Shown one piece after another: positions 47,001 to 55,792 of a DNA stretch of 64,000 nucleotides (its first letter is position 1; every line of letters starts with the position of its first letter). The position numbers and the translations under genes are program-made. The notes under the pieces are model-generated. The model was given only the letters and a program-made list of their open reading frames with translations, ran no database searches and was not told the origin of the DNA. The stretch comes from an uncultured Pseudomonadales bacterium (lineage in GTDB: Bacteria; Patescibacteriota; Microgenomatia; UBA1400; PJMF01), in NCBI GenBank assembly GCA_964574595.1, contig CAZNOF010000001.1, positions 9,586 through 73,585 of the forward strand, in the 5' to 3' direction.

Positions 47001-48361
47001 CTTGATCCATCGCCAAAGAAACAGTTAGTGGTACCTGGGAATCGTAGACATTGAGCTGCCCTGTACAAGAAGTTTGTTTCGTCACCAAACAAGTCTGCTG
47101 GGTAACGTGAGGACATTAAGTAGTCGTGATAACTTGTTATATCCATCATTGAGTTAGAGAAGAAGGCTGGACTGTACGCTTGTGATCCTTGAGAAGTGTT
47201 AAAAAGATGATGATACGGGTCGATGGATTTAACGTAAGATGAAAGCGTTTGATACCAGTTCCATTGATCTGTTCCTGCAGGGATATGACCTTCCTCATTC
47301 CAGTGCTCTATGACACCAACGGATGTTGAGTACCCCCAACGGGCTATTCGGTAGCGGTAGTTTCTTTGCCAATATTTCAGGTACTGTGGGTTTTTGTAAT
47401 CTGTTCTATCAACATCCCAAATCCAGTAAGGATCTTCATGACTGTTCCAGACAATATAGACACCGTTCCGCTCAGCTGCTTCAGCGATCTTGTCAAATTC
47501 ATAACCACCGCGTTGGTTCATTTGTGATCCCTTTGGGATACTGTTAAATCCTGCAGTACCTTCAGGATTAAAATCATCGGGCCATTTGTAATGGTCATAA
47601 TGACCCTCAACAGTCAAGTTATATCCATCGTTCTGTGTCCAAATTCTAAGAAAGTTAATGCCGTTTTGTCCGTAAGTATTAAAGAGATCTTCATACTCAT
47701 AACTTCGACCATTAGTTGCTGGCCATTGATGACCACTGGCAATTGGTACGAACGCCTCGCCGGATGATAAAGATAAAAAGCGACTGTCTTTTGGTGAGAC
47801 ACGTAGGAAACCTTTGTTGTTAGAGTTTGCAACTTGGAGTGTTTGTGTTCCTGTCGTGGGATATCTTGTCGTCCCATCTTTATCAGCAACAGAAATATAG
47901 TATGTATAGTTGCCTACTTCTTCTGGTGTAAAACGGACGCGCCAATCATAATTGTTGGTCGGTGTCATTATTTCATCACCATTGCCTGACTTTGTTCTCG
48001 TGTAGTCTTGATAGTAAAAAGCTGGAACTGTCAGATTTTTACCTGATGGAGACGTAAAGATGGCGTTGACGGTAATACCATCTACTCCGTATGGAGATAA
48101 TCTACCTGGATTGGCAGCTGGAGTATCGGCAGCATCGTAAAAGTAGTAAGGCAAGAAGGAGCCTTCAGCGAATGGTCGGGACAAAGTGAAAGCCATTTCG
48201 AATTTTGAGAGTTTTGCTACTGTGGTCGGTGCCGATTTAATCGCTGTAACAGTTGTAGCGGCGAAAATCTGTGAGGTGGCGAATGAAAAGAAAGCGAGGG
48301 CTAAAAATAAAACGCTGACGGCGCGTTTAGATAACACAGAAAGTTGGCTCTTGAACCTCAT
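44093..48361 (-). CDS. giant (1422 aa) secreted multidomain protein: glycoside-hydrolase-like region, dockerin-like Ca-binding repeat, PQQ-like beta-propeller
   Basis: Signal peptide. (beta/alpha)8-like stretch (FLRIWTQNDGYNL, WNEEGH). DIDGNGLVDISDY dockerin/EF-hand-like loop. 4+ repeats of the ...G.VYALDA.TG..LW.. PQQ/BamB type. PT/PS linkers. Confidence 0.65.
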   Translation of the reverse strand: MRFKSQLSVLSKRAVSVLFLALAFFSFATSQIFAATTVTAIKSAPTTVAKLSKFEMAFTLSRPFAEGSFLPYYFYDAADTPAANPGRLSPYGVDGITVNAIFTSPSGKNLTVPAFYYQDYTRTKSGNGDEIMTPTNNYDWRVRFTPEEVGNYTYYISVADKDGTTRYPTTGTQTLQVANSNNKGFLRVSPKDSRFLSLSSGEAFVPIASGHQWPATNGRSYEYEDLFNTYGQNGINFLRIWTQNDGYNLTVEGHYDHYKWPDDFNPEGTAGFNSIPKGSQMNQRGGYEFDKIAEAAERNGVYIVWNSHEDPYWIWDVDRTDYKNPQYLKYWQRNYRYRIARWGYSTSVGVIEHWNEEGHIPAGTDQWNWYQTLSSYVKSIDPYHHLFNTSQGSQAYSPAFFSNSMMDITSYHDYLMSSRYPADLFGDETNFLYRAAQCLRFPGTTNCFFGDGSRWTGAQKPIYWGEFDSSGPDWNDPGTPNPLVAHNGLWAGLFSVAGSSPIDWFFQQQNYLAQKYADRKVASNFFKDIDYDAAQFTFLSTADINLFSNQTISASNAKMRVLLMKAANNQHAYAWVQHKDSRWQNSGTPTAINGTFTIPGMAAGAYTVETWNTTTGATSQANVTVGADGNLTATVSNLTKDVALKIRNSSYTAPNPTPSVSPIPSPSPSPSPAVSPSPTAAAGTCDADIDGNGLVDISDYQALVKDYLKDTLSNPRSNIDKDPKNIADLSDYFILTRSMFKTCPVIKLSPTPTPKASPSPVASPTPTPVVVTSPSPVATTIPAAQAGEWTQFGQNPQHTNYTVQSVPTPWKFKWEWNGADANGKKQANHITVPEYVQPITGGGRVYMVAGDQVFALNKANGNVLWQKGSIGTLSSTPAYSGEFLYVTSGDSNVYKLNAATGAVAGTFKAPAALNLAPTLVNSKLYVIGATGVIDAIDTGSMTKTWEYATNSPGATPLSYSTSKNSLIVVTRDLNVHALDANTGIEKWKTKPTSRNYQPGDPNSTGAQAEDGWPVIAEGHGIVFIRYRLDWDTIWTWNPFPDNLADIRANLTGKPDQQALFALKLDDGKSAFTPLVGNGAEGDGGFLPMGPQPVIRVTPDGKEVAYIIWRNKQACGTGWCDGREDANMGEMVLDNTTVSGYQAGDVRFVRNPDIQTDEMVDLSMSNDIIFHSHWLVNTAEQIVDRSAGLGATIANPIKTVDAPFVIWRQVYCPASDSGCNPQLFPGGNSNSYGPSNCQFNSTTRYCSAGLYSYGDQRGYPAGFYEYHNDHNDGSRPFAVVSDGMVLVKANDGGLVVLENGNPGATSQAVTPETQSAKVLGVTTEAPKVISHTEALKHIGKTVKVTGVIKSAVNHMPKGIYLAFTDPHDGHLLIRVFAKDSSKFLYDPLSLKGKKISVTGKVSLYWPEGKDPEIIVTDPSQIEY

Positions 48362-48434
48362 CCATTAACGATAATTCAAAGCAGAAAGTTTTGCAAGAAG
48401 GATCTTGTGACTGAGGAAAGCAAAAGTGTATTTG

Positions 48435-48508
48435 TGTGCCAGGCGGGACTCGAACCCACGACCTGCGGCTTAGAAGGCAGCTGCTCTATCCAGCTGAGCT
48501 ACTGGCAC
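48435..48508 (-). tRNA. tRNA-Arg (anticodon TCT)
   Basis: Reverse complement GTGCCAGTAGCTCAGCTGGATAGAGCAGCTGCCTTCTAAGCCGCAGGTCGTGGGTTCGAGTCCCGCCTGGCACA. Anticodon loop CTTCTAA. Confidence 0.8.
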
Positions 48509-48525
48509 ATACAGGCTATTATACC

Positions 48526-48559
48526 AAAACCCCCTCAGCTAAGCTGAAGGGGTTTTTTT
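48526..48559. terminator. bidirectional intrinsic terminator
   Basis: AAAA-CCCCCTCAGC-TAA-GCTGAAGGGG-TTTTTTT. Confidence 0.6.
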
Positions 48560-48574
48560 GAATCAATTTAATGC

Positions 48575-48937
48575 CTATTTCTTTTTGGCAACTTTTTTGC
48601 CAACAGCCTTTAATGCTGGAGAACTACTTACTTTTTTAACAAGTTTCTTCTCTGCTTTAACTGCTTTTTTGGTGTCTTTTTTGACTTCTTTTGAAACTTT
48701 TGAAGCCAGTTTTCTACTGTTCGCTTGGACTTTTTTGGCAAACTTTTTAGGGTTCTTCTTTGCTTCCTTAGTGATTTTGACTGCTTCCTTCTCTACCTTC
48801 ATCACTTCCTTTTTTACCATGGTGCGATTTTCCTTGCTAGAAAAGAAAACTGCTGCTGCTCCAGCTACTACGCCGGTGACTAAAGCAAATATGCCCGTAC
48901 CTGATGATTTTTTTGCCATGTTACTCCTTAAGAACAA
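48575..48937 (-). CDS. YtxH-like protein with Lys-rich (histone-H1-like) tail
   Basis: N-terminal GTGIFALVTGVVAGAAAVFFSSKE (YtxH-like GxxAGAAAG helix) then KKxxKK repeats. The overlapping + strand ORF 48558-49142 is judged a mirror artefact. Confidence 0.5.
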   Translation of the reverse strand: MFLRSNMAKKSSGTGIFALVTGVVAGAAAVFFSSKENRTMVKKEVMKVEKEAVKITKEAKKNPKKFAKKVQANSRKLASKVSKEVKKDTKKAVKAEKKLVKKVSSSPALKAVGKKVAKKK

Positions 48938-48962
48938 TGTATATTTTTATGACAATTTAATA

Positions 48963-49982
48963 TTACACAAATTGTTCGTGATAAGCTACTATCGCAGCTT
49001 GAGTTTGTACGGCTTTAACGGCAAATTTACCGATGGTTGTTTCTTCGGAAAGCATCACAGCGTTTGTTCCATCGTAAACAGCATTAGCAATATCGTTCAC
49101 TTCTGCTCTAGTAGGTCGTGGGTTTTCCACCATAGAGAGTAACATTTGGGTAGCAGTGATCACAAATTTGTTTGCTTCATTACACTTTTTGATAATCACT
49201 TTTTGCCAGTGAGGAACTTCGTAGAATGGCAACTCTACACCTAAATCACCACGTGCCACCATGACAGCATCAGCACTTGCGATAATTTCATCCAAGTTAT
49301 CAATGGCCTTTTGGTTTTCAATTTTGGCTACGATTTGTGCAGTAATGTTGTTCTCTTGTAGTTTCTTTCTGAGTAACTCAATGTCAGCGGCACTTCTCAC
49401 AAAGGAAAGAGCCACATAATCGATTTCTGTACCAGCTAAAGATGTTAAGTAAGTCTCATCTTTTTCTGTGAGTGATGGCATATTTAGTACCACACCCGGT
49501 GTGTTCATGGTTTTACTTTGTTTCACTGTACAATCGTAGACAGAAGTACAAACTAATTTACCTGCCTCTTTTGAGGTTATGGTGAACTCGCATGCTCCAT
49601 CTGCTAATAAAATTTGATTGCCTACATTTAAACTATCAATGACATCTGCTGGAACGATGACGACTCGTTGGTTGTCACCAGCATCGACCACAAATGAAAC
49701 TTCTTCACCTTTTTTTACTTCAAATGGTGTGCCGTTTGGGATAGCGATACGAACTTCAGGTCCTTGGAGGTCCATCAGGACTTTAGTATTCATGCCTAAA
49801 TCTTTTGCTACTTTTTTCACACGGAGCATTCGTTCTTGATGCCAGTCTGGCAAGTTATGCTTGGTGTTGAAGCGGGCGACATTCATACCAGCCTTCATCA
49901 ACTCTGCTAATGCATTTTCACTTTCAGATACTGGTCCAATAGTGGCGACAATTTGTGTTTTGCGCTTTGATAGATCGATCAT
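48963..49982 (-). CDS. pyk: pyruvate kinase (short form lacking the C-terminal regulatory domain)
   Basis: TKIVATIGP-like N-terminus ([11 protein letters not shown]), [10 protein letters not shown] active site. 339 aa. Confidence 0.85.
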   Translation of the reverse strand: MIDLSKRKTQIVATIGPVSESENALAELMKAGMNVARFNTKHNLPDWHQERMLRVKKVAKDLGMNTKVLMDLQGPEVRIAIPNGTPFEVKKGEEVSFVVDAGDNQRVVIVPADVIDSLNVGNQILLADGACEFTITSKEAGKLVCTSVYDCTVKQSKTMNTPGVVLNMPSLTEKDETYLTSLAGTEIDYVALSFVRSAADIELLRKKLQENNITAQIVAKIENQKAIDNLDEIIASADAVMVARGDLGVELPFYEVPHWQKVIIKKCNEANKFVITATQMLLSMVENPRPTRAEVNDIANAVYDGTNAVMLSEETTIGKFAVKAVQTQAAIVAYHEQFV

Positions 49983-50145
49983 ACACGTCCTTATCTACTT
50001 AAAGATTGAATATAGTGAAAGTGATTATCTTCCTCCAATCTGGTTTCTTCAAGTAGTGACTCTGTAATTTAGATTCACTCTGCTTGTCAGGGAGCCGAAA
50101 ATAGGATATGTTGAACAACGCTTTACACATTTTGTAGGAGGATTT

Positions 50146-50667
50146 ATGACAGACGATAACAACACATTACAATCTGGTGACGATTTGGCCGCCGCCGCTC
50201 TTTCAGAGTCAGATGACACGACGAGTGCAGCTCCTGTAGCAAGTACACCTTCACCTATGAACTCGGCAGCATTAGCCGACACGCTGCAATCTTTGCAAAA
50301 TGTAATTGAAAGAAATGCTGACGAACTCGATAGAATTAAAGAGGAAATGCAGATTCAACGAGAGGCATTGAAAAATGTTTTCGAGAATGATTCTCAATTA
50401 AGTGAAGTAACTGCAGAGGCCGCTACCGTCACAAACAAAGTCAAAGAGCGAAAATCTCAAATTCAAAACAGTCCAGAAATTTTGCAGTACAAAACCAAAA
50501 TTGGTGAGTTAACCGAGCAGAAAAAAGAGATTGAAGAGGCTTTGAATAACCACTTGCTTAATTTGTTCCAAATTACCGGTACTAAAACCTTTGACACGAT
50601 GAGTGGTCGACAACGAGAGTTTTCTGTCCGCGCCAGTCTCAAGGGAAATAAGAAAACTGCAGAATAA
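50146..50667 (+). CDS. hypothetical acidic coiled-coil protein
   Basis: 173-aa ORF, GGAGG SD. No family recognised. Confidence 0.45.
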   Translation: MTDDNNTLQSGDDLAAAALSESDDTTSAAPVASTPSPMNSAALADTLQSLQNVIERNADELDRIKEEMQIQREALKNVFENDSQLSEVTAEAATVTNKVKERKSQIQNSPEILQYKTKIGELTEQKKEIEEALNNHLLNLFQITGTKTFDTMSGRQREFSVRASLKGNKKTAE

Positions 50668-50673
50668 GACAGT

Positions 50674-51978
50674 TTAGATAACACTCACTGCGTGTTCTTG
50701 AATCAGCTCCTCTTCAATTCTGAGGAGTTGATTGTATTTGGAGAGTCTCTCACTTCGTGACAAGGCGCCTGCTTTAATTTGACCGGCACCCGTTCCCACC
50801 ACAATGTCTGCAATGGAGGTATCTTCTGTTTCGCCACTTCTGTGAGAAACGATCACTCCCCAATTGGCTGACTGAGCCAGACATATTGCCCGAAGAGATT
50901 CGGTGAGTGTCCCGATTTGGTTGACTTTCATTAGCAATGTATTACACGCTTTTTTATCGATGGCTTTTTGAATTCGTTCGGTATTGGTGACGAGCAGGTC
51001 ATCGCCCACAATTTGAATTTTATGTCCAATCCGCTTGTTTAATTCAGCCCAGCCTTCCCAATCATCCTCAGCTAAGCCATCTTCAATTGAGATAATGGGA
51101 AATTGGCGAATCAGATCTTCCCACATGTCAATGACCTGTGCGGTATCCTTCGTTTCTTTTTGAACTCGGAAATTGTAATGATCTTTCTCCCAGAGTTCTG
51201 ACATAGCTGGATCCAAACCAATTCCCACATCTGTGCCTGTTTTATATCCGGCTTGCTCAATTGCTTCTAATAGAATTTCAATTGCTTCCTCGTTACAACT
51301 CAAGGCAGGGGCGAACCCACCCTCATCACCTACGGTGGTAATGTAATTCTTTTTGTTCAAAACAGCGGCTAAATGATGGTAAATTTCGGTACATTGTCTG
51401 AGTTGTTCGGAAAACGATACTTTTTGTAATGGAATAAGCATGAACTCTTGAAAATCAGTAGTCTGCCAATGCGTGTGTGCTCCACCATTGAGGACGTTAA
51501 ACATTGGTCTTGGCAATGACATCGGTTTGCAATCTAAGGTTGGAAATTCAGTACAAGTTTGACTATAGAGCTGTGAAATATATTGATAATAAGGGACTTT
51601 TAATGAGCTAGCAGCAGCTCTTGAGATGGCAAGTGATACGCCAAGAATGGCATTTGCCCCTAAACGACCATCATTCTGGGTGCCGTCTCTGAGGACCATC
51701 TCATTATCGAGACTGGCTTGTTGAAATGGGTCGTTATTTGCCAAAAAGGTCGCAATTTCATCGTTAATATGGCTTACTGCTTCTTCTACTCCTTTGCCAA
51801 GATATGCATTCTGATCTCCGTCACGAAGTTCCAGCACTTCATGGACGCCGGTACTGGCACCACTAGGTACGGAAGCACGGCCAAAAGCACCATCAGCGAG
51901 CAGAACGTCTACCTCCACGGTCGGATTGCCCCGTGAGTCAAGAATTTGGCGGGCGTGAATCTCAGAAATTGTTGGCAT
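50674..51978 (-). CDS. eno: enolase
   Basis: N-terminus EIHARQILDSRGNPTVEV, full-length 434 aa, metal-binding Asp/Glu pattern. Confidence 0.9.
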   Translation of the reverse strand: MPTISEIHARQILDSRGNPTVEVDVLLADGAFGRASVPSGASTGVHEVLELRDGDQNAYLGKGVEEAVSHINDEIATFLANNDPFQQASLDNEMVLRDGTQNDGRLGANAILGVSLAISRAAASSLKVPYYQYISQLYSQTCTEFPTLDCKPMSLPRPMFNVLNGGAHTHWQTTDFQEFMLIPLQKVSFSEQLRQCTEIYHHLAAVLNKKNYITTVGDEGGFAPALSCNEEAIEILLEAIEQAGYKTGTDVGIGLDPAMSELWEKDHYNFRVQKETKDTAQVIDMWEDLIRQFPIISIEDGLAEDDWEGWAELNKRIGHKIQIVGDDLLVTNTERIQKAIDKKACNTLLMKVNQIGTLTESLRAICLAQSANWGVIVSHRSGETEDTSIADIVVGTGAGQIKAGALSRSERLSKYNQLLRIEEELIQEHAVSVI

Positions 51979-52057
51979 GCTTTTAACTATATCTGATTTC
52001 CAACAAAAAAACGACCTAAAGAGTTTCCTCTCTAGGCCGTCTTTCTTATTTCAAAAA

Positions 52058-52348
52058 TTATTCATTAAACGGTCTTCGTTCACCTGTCCGTTCAGGACGG
52101 TCTCCACCTCGAGTAAATTTCTTTGGTGGCTTGGGTGTAGGAGCGTTTTTCAAGCGTTTAATAGACTTTAGTCTTTTACGCATCCGTCGTAACTCATTCA
52201 TTTTCTGAGTTCGGATTTCAGATGGTTTCATATAGTACTTACGGTCTTTAACGACTTGAATAATATTTGTGGCAGCAACGACTTTTTTGAATTTCTTAAT
52301 TAGATCTCCAGTATGGTCATCACCTTTCGCACGAATAATAATAGGCAC
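52058..52348 (-). CDS. rpsU: 30S ribosomal protein S21 (extended basic C-terminus)
   Basis: MPIIIRAKGDD...FKK...YYMKPSEIR..K S21 pattern. Confidence 0.7.
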   Translation of the reverse strand: MPIIIRAKGDDHTGDLIKKFKKVVAATNIIQVVKDRKYYMKPSEIRTQKMNELRRMRKRLKSIKRLKNAPTPKPPKKFTRGGDRPERTGERRPFNE

Positions 52349-52451
52349 AAAACAACACCTCCTTCCCCAATTTGGCTGTATTAAATAGAAAAAGCATCAG
52401 CAACAAAACAAGATATTATACCTTAATCACCTACCAAGAAGCAATTCCGAA

Positions 52452-52805
52452 CTAAATATTGTTTAACTTGATTTGCTGGAGCTGGGCTTCAGACCAACCA
52501 CCCATGACATGAATGTGAATATGCTTGACCATTTGCATCTCATTTCCTACGTTCATGACAAGTCGGTAATTTTCAGAAATTCCAGCTGCTTCTACCACTT
52601 TTCTGACAGTGATGAGAAGTCCCGCAAAGATCTCTTCGTCGGCAATTGGCACGTCCTGCAGGCTAGGAAACTCGCGTTTGGTAGCTACTACAATGTCCAC
52701 AGGAGCACTGGGCTTGATATCATCAAAAGCAATAAAATGATCATCTTCATATCGAATATTTGCAGGTACTTCCCGGTTGATGATTTGTGTAAAGACGCTT
52801 GGCAT
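52452..52805 (-). CDS. HIT-family (histidine triad) protein
   Basis: HIHIHVMGG histidine triad motif. Confidence 0.8.
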   Translation of the reverse strand: MPSVFTQIINREVPANIRYEDDHFIAFDDIKPSAPVDIVVATKREFPSLQDVPIADEEIFAGLLITVRKVVEAAGISENYRLVMNVGNEMQMVKHIHIHVMGGWSEAQLQQIKLNNI

Positions 52806-52806
52806 A

Positions 52807-53721
52807 TTAAGAGTAACTCTCCTTTAATAGCTCAATCACTTGTTTCAAACTCAATGAAGTGGGTCGTTGGTTTCGATGTTTTTTTGAGCCGTTGAGTAAC
52901 ATCTTACCACTTGGGTGATAGTACCAAGTCCCAGCAGGATCGAGCTTGAGAATTTTTTCATGAACCACTTTCAAATCTAGGTCAGCGTCTGGTCTGGCTT
53001 TAATTCGAACTTCTCCACCCGTGGGATCTTTTCTAACTACGACCATGTATCCAGATTTTTGAGCGAACTTAATGACCTGGTCATTTTTACTTTCAATTCC
53101 TAGAGCTTTGCCAACTTTCAAAGTGAATTCAGTACCAGCCGAAATGGAGTCACGAGCTTGGAAAGTTTCTTTGAGTGCTGCATATGCTGATTCAAAACAG
53201 TGTATGCCAAATTGTAATTGAGAATCATCGTCATGTAGACCAAGGGACTCAAATCCACCAATTAATTCATGAATCATAAAACAGTATTTTGGTGAACCTG
53301 AATCGTCCCAATATATTTCCTCAAAGTGATCAATCTGTGTAACAAACTCCACAATATATTTGAGCGCTTCATCGTTTTTTAATTCTGGATGCAATCGGCA
53401 AGCGTAGTCGTAAGTAAGTGAGGTGGCACAGATACGTTCTCTACCCCGCTCTGGTTGATGATGGTCAAATTGGCCAAGACCAGTGTCAACATGGGTCACC
53501 TGGTGCATCTGGAAGCCTAGACGTTCTGCTTCGCTGGGGTTGATTTGGCTACCTGGGTCAACAAAAGATTCTTGGGAGTCGGCGTAGTGTTGGGAATCAA
53601 ATTGTTTTAATACCCATACCGAGCCGATGGCATCGAGGTCTGGGGCATGATGGGTCACGATGAGTCTTTTTTCCATGTCTTGATTATAGCAGTTTAGAAA
53701 GAATAGTTTTCTACGGTTCAT
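52807..53721 (-). CDS. DHH-family phosphoesterase (NrnA-like)
   Basis: Motif I HHAPDLDAIGS, motif III GQFDHHQ. 2-nt gap to the HIT gene. Confidence 0.65.
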   Translation of the reverse strand: MNRRKLFFLNCYNQDMEKRLIVTHHAPDLDAIGSVWVLKQFDSQHYADSQESFVDPGSQINPSEAERLGFQMHQVTHVDTGLGQFDHHQPERGRERICATSLTYDYACRLHPELKNDEALKYIVEFVTQIDHFEEIYWDDSGSPKYCFMIHELIGGFESLGLHDDDSQLQFGIHCFESAYAALKETFQARDSISAGTEFTLKVGKALGIESKNDQVIKFAQKSGYMVVVRKDPTGGEVRIKARPDADLDLKVVHEKILKLDPAGTWYYHPSGKMLLNGSKKHRNQRPTSLSLKQVIELLKESYS

Positions 53722-53968
53722 GTCAGATTGAACGGTATACTATTTGTAGGAAGAACGAGTTTTTGTGAAAAGTGAACCCAAACAAAGTACCCACCGCAAC
53801 AGCCATATTGGGAGTGATCCTAATAGAAGAGTTGCCGTGGGTATCCTCACTGGGATAGTCAGTACTATACGAAATGATGCAGAAAAAACCCATAGACAAA
53901 ATGGATGGATTAGTTAGTGTATAACAATATCTTCAGATCACGAGAAATTAAACTATAGGCCCGAATAT

Positions 53969-54313
53969 TTACCGCAACTTTTTCGTTGAATGAGTTGCCT
54001 TTTTGAAAACAAAGCGCAGTAACCACCAAACAGCTTTGAATGGGAGAGTGAGGATTTGCCACATCAGAGGCACTTTATCGTCTTCTCCCCTCACCCATGC
54101 TGACACAATTAACCATTTTTTTTGATCTTCGAGGTATGTTGCAATCAGTTGGACATTACGGCTGTTCACATTTCTGACAAATTTAATCGTGCCAGCTTTT
54201 TTTCCAGGTTCGGTTCTATCGGGATGCCTGAGCACAAGTTCAGCAGCATCTTGAGAAATAGAACGCTGTTTGAGTCGTTCGAGAGAATGTTTAGTAAAAA
54301 TATAATCTGACAT
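53969..54313 (-). CDS. DUF4258-like (toxin-like) small protein
   Basis: MSDYIFTKHSLERLKQRSIS...VRNVNSRNVQLIATY resembles the DUF4258 H..R..R pattern. Hydrophobic C-terminal tail. 4 nt downstream of proS. Confidence 0.4.
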   Translation of the reverse strand: MSDYIFTKHSLERLKQRSISQDAAELVLRHPDRTEPGKKAGTIKFVRNVNSRNVQLIATYLEDQKKWLIVSAWVRGEDDKVPLMWQILTLPFKAVWWLLRFVFKKATHSTKKLR

Positions 54314-54316
54314 GAG

Positions 54317-55765
54317 TTAGTAGGACTGAGCAAATAACCATTGGTGCGTCGCAGGTTTGCCACATTTGATACAAGTACCTTGTTCTTCTTTCACATTTCC
54401 TTCTTCGTCAATAAATGGCAGACAGCGAGTACTGGCTTTGGTCTCGTCTTTAATTTGTTTCTCGCAACTACTTTCTTCACACCAAAAAGCTCTGATGAAT
54501 CCTTTTGTAGTATTCATAATATTTTTAAATGATGCGTAGTCTTTCACTTCAAATGTTAGTTTTGCACGACTCTCTACGGCAGTTTGATACATCTTCTTTT
54601 GGATCTCGTTTAAGGCTGATTTAATTGATTCGGCGGCTTTGTCAGTAGAAATAACTTGACTCTGATGGGAGTAACGAACTTTGAGTTGCAATTCTTTGGC
54701 TGCTAATTCTCGCTCGCCTACTACCACTGTTAACGGCACGCCTTGTAATTCAGCATCATTTAATTTCCAGCCCATACTGTAGTTTTGTCGTTTATCAAAC
54801 ACGCAGCGGACATCAATGTCTCTGAGATTTTTTTGAAGTGATTCGCAGTAAGACAAAACTTCTGCATTTTCACCTTTTGCAGGCACGATCACGATCTGGG
54901 TTGGAGCAATTCTTGGCGGTAAGACTAAGCCATCATCATCACCATGCGTCATGACTAATCCGCCAATTACTCTGGTAGAAAAACCAAAACTGGTTTGCCA
55001 AGCATAATCAGTTTTACCTTCCTCATCTTGGAACGCAATGTTAAAAGCATCTTTTTTTGAGAAGTGTTGTGCCAGATCGTGACTAGTTCCGGCTTGCAAG
55101 GCTTTGCCATCAGGCATTAGGGCTTCCACAGTCGTCGTCATTTCTGCGCCAGCGAACTTTTCGGCATTACTTTTACGGCCTTTGATGACAGGAATGGCTA
55201 AGTCTTCTTCTAACACTTTTCGATATGCTTCAAGACCGTCAAGCACCATGGCTATGGCTTCTTCATGTTTTGCATGAGCTGTATGCGCTTCTTGCCACAG
55301 AAATTCAGTTGTTCTTAAGAAGAAATAGGTCCGTTTTTCCCAACGCACCACGTTATTCCATTGATTAAGACTGAGTGGTAAATCTCGATATGACTGAACC
55401 CATTTACTGTACATTTCGTACATGATGGTTTCAGAAGTTGGTCGAACGACGAGTTTTTCGGTCAGTTCCTCACCACCGGCATGCGTCACAACTGCTAATT
55501 CAGGGGCAAAACCTTCCACGTGCTCTGCTTCACGACTCAAAAAGGACAGAGGGATAAATAATGGAAAGTAGGCATTTTTGACACCTAGATCTTTTAATAA
55601 TGGATCAAGTTTCTTTTGAATGTTTTCCCAAATTTCGAAGCCATTTGGTCGGATGACCATGCAGCCCTTGACGGGTGAATAATCAGCTAATTGGGCAAGT
55701 TGAATAACTTGGGTGTACCACTTGCTCATGTCTTCAGATTTTGGGGTCAGTTGTTTTTTTGCCAT
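54317..55765 (-). CDS. proS: proline--tRNA ligase, archaeal/eukaryote-type
   Basis: Class II motifs, no bacterial INS editing domain, C-terminal Zn domain CIKCGK...HQWLFAQSY. Confidence 0.9.
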   Translation of the reverse strand: MAKKQLTPKSEDMSKWYTQVIQLAQLADYSPVKGCMVIRPNGFEIWENIQKKLDPLLKDLGVKNAYFPLFIPLSFLSREAEHVEGFAPELAVVTHAGGEELTEKLVVRPTSETIMYEMYSKWVQSYRDLPLSLNQWNNVVRWEKRTYFFLRTTEFLWQEAHTAHAKHEEAIAMVLDGLEAYRKVLEEDLAIPVIKGRKSNAEKFAGAEMTTTVEALMPDGKALQAGTSHDLAQHFSKKDAFNIAFQDEEGKTDYAWQTSFGFSTRVIGGLVMTHGDDDGLVLPPRIAPTQIVIVPAKGENAEVLSYCESLQKNLRDIDVRCVFDKRQNYSMGWKLNDAELQGVPLTVVVGERELAAKELQLKVRYSHQSQVISTDKAAESIKSALNEIQKKMYQTAVESRAKLTFEVKDYASFKNIMNTTKGFIRAFWCEESSCEKQIKDETKASTRCLPFIDEEGNVKEEQGTCIKCGKPATHQWLFAQSY

Positions 55766-55792
55766 AGATTCCTATGCGGATTATACATGCAG

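Noticed and set aside
48558-49142. 194-aa plus-strand ORF opposite the Lys-rich gene
   Set aside because: It is a mirror ORF created by AAG/CTT-rich low-complexity coding on the other strand. The minus-strand product has a coherent YtxH-like N-terminus; this one is a featureless Phe/Leu-rich string.
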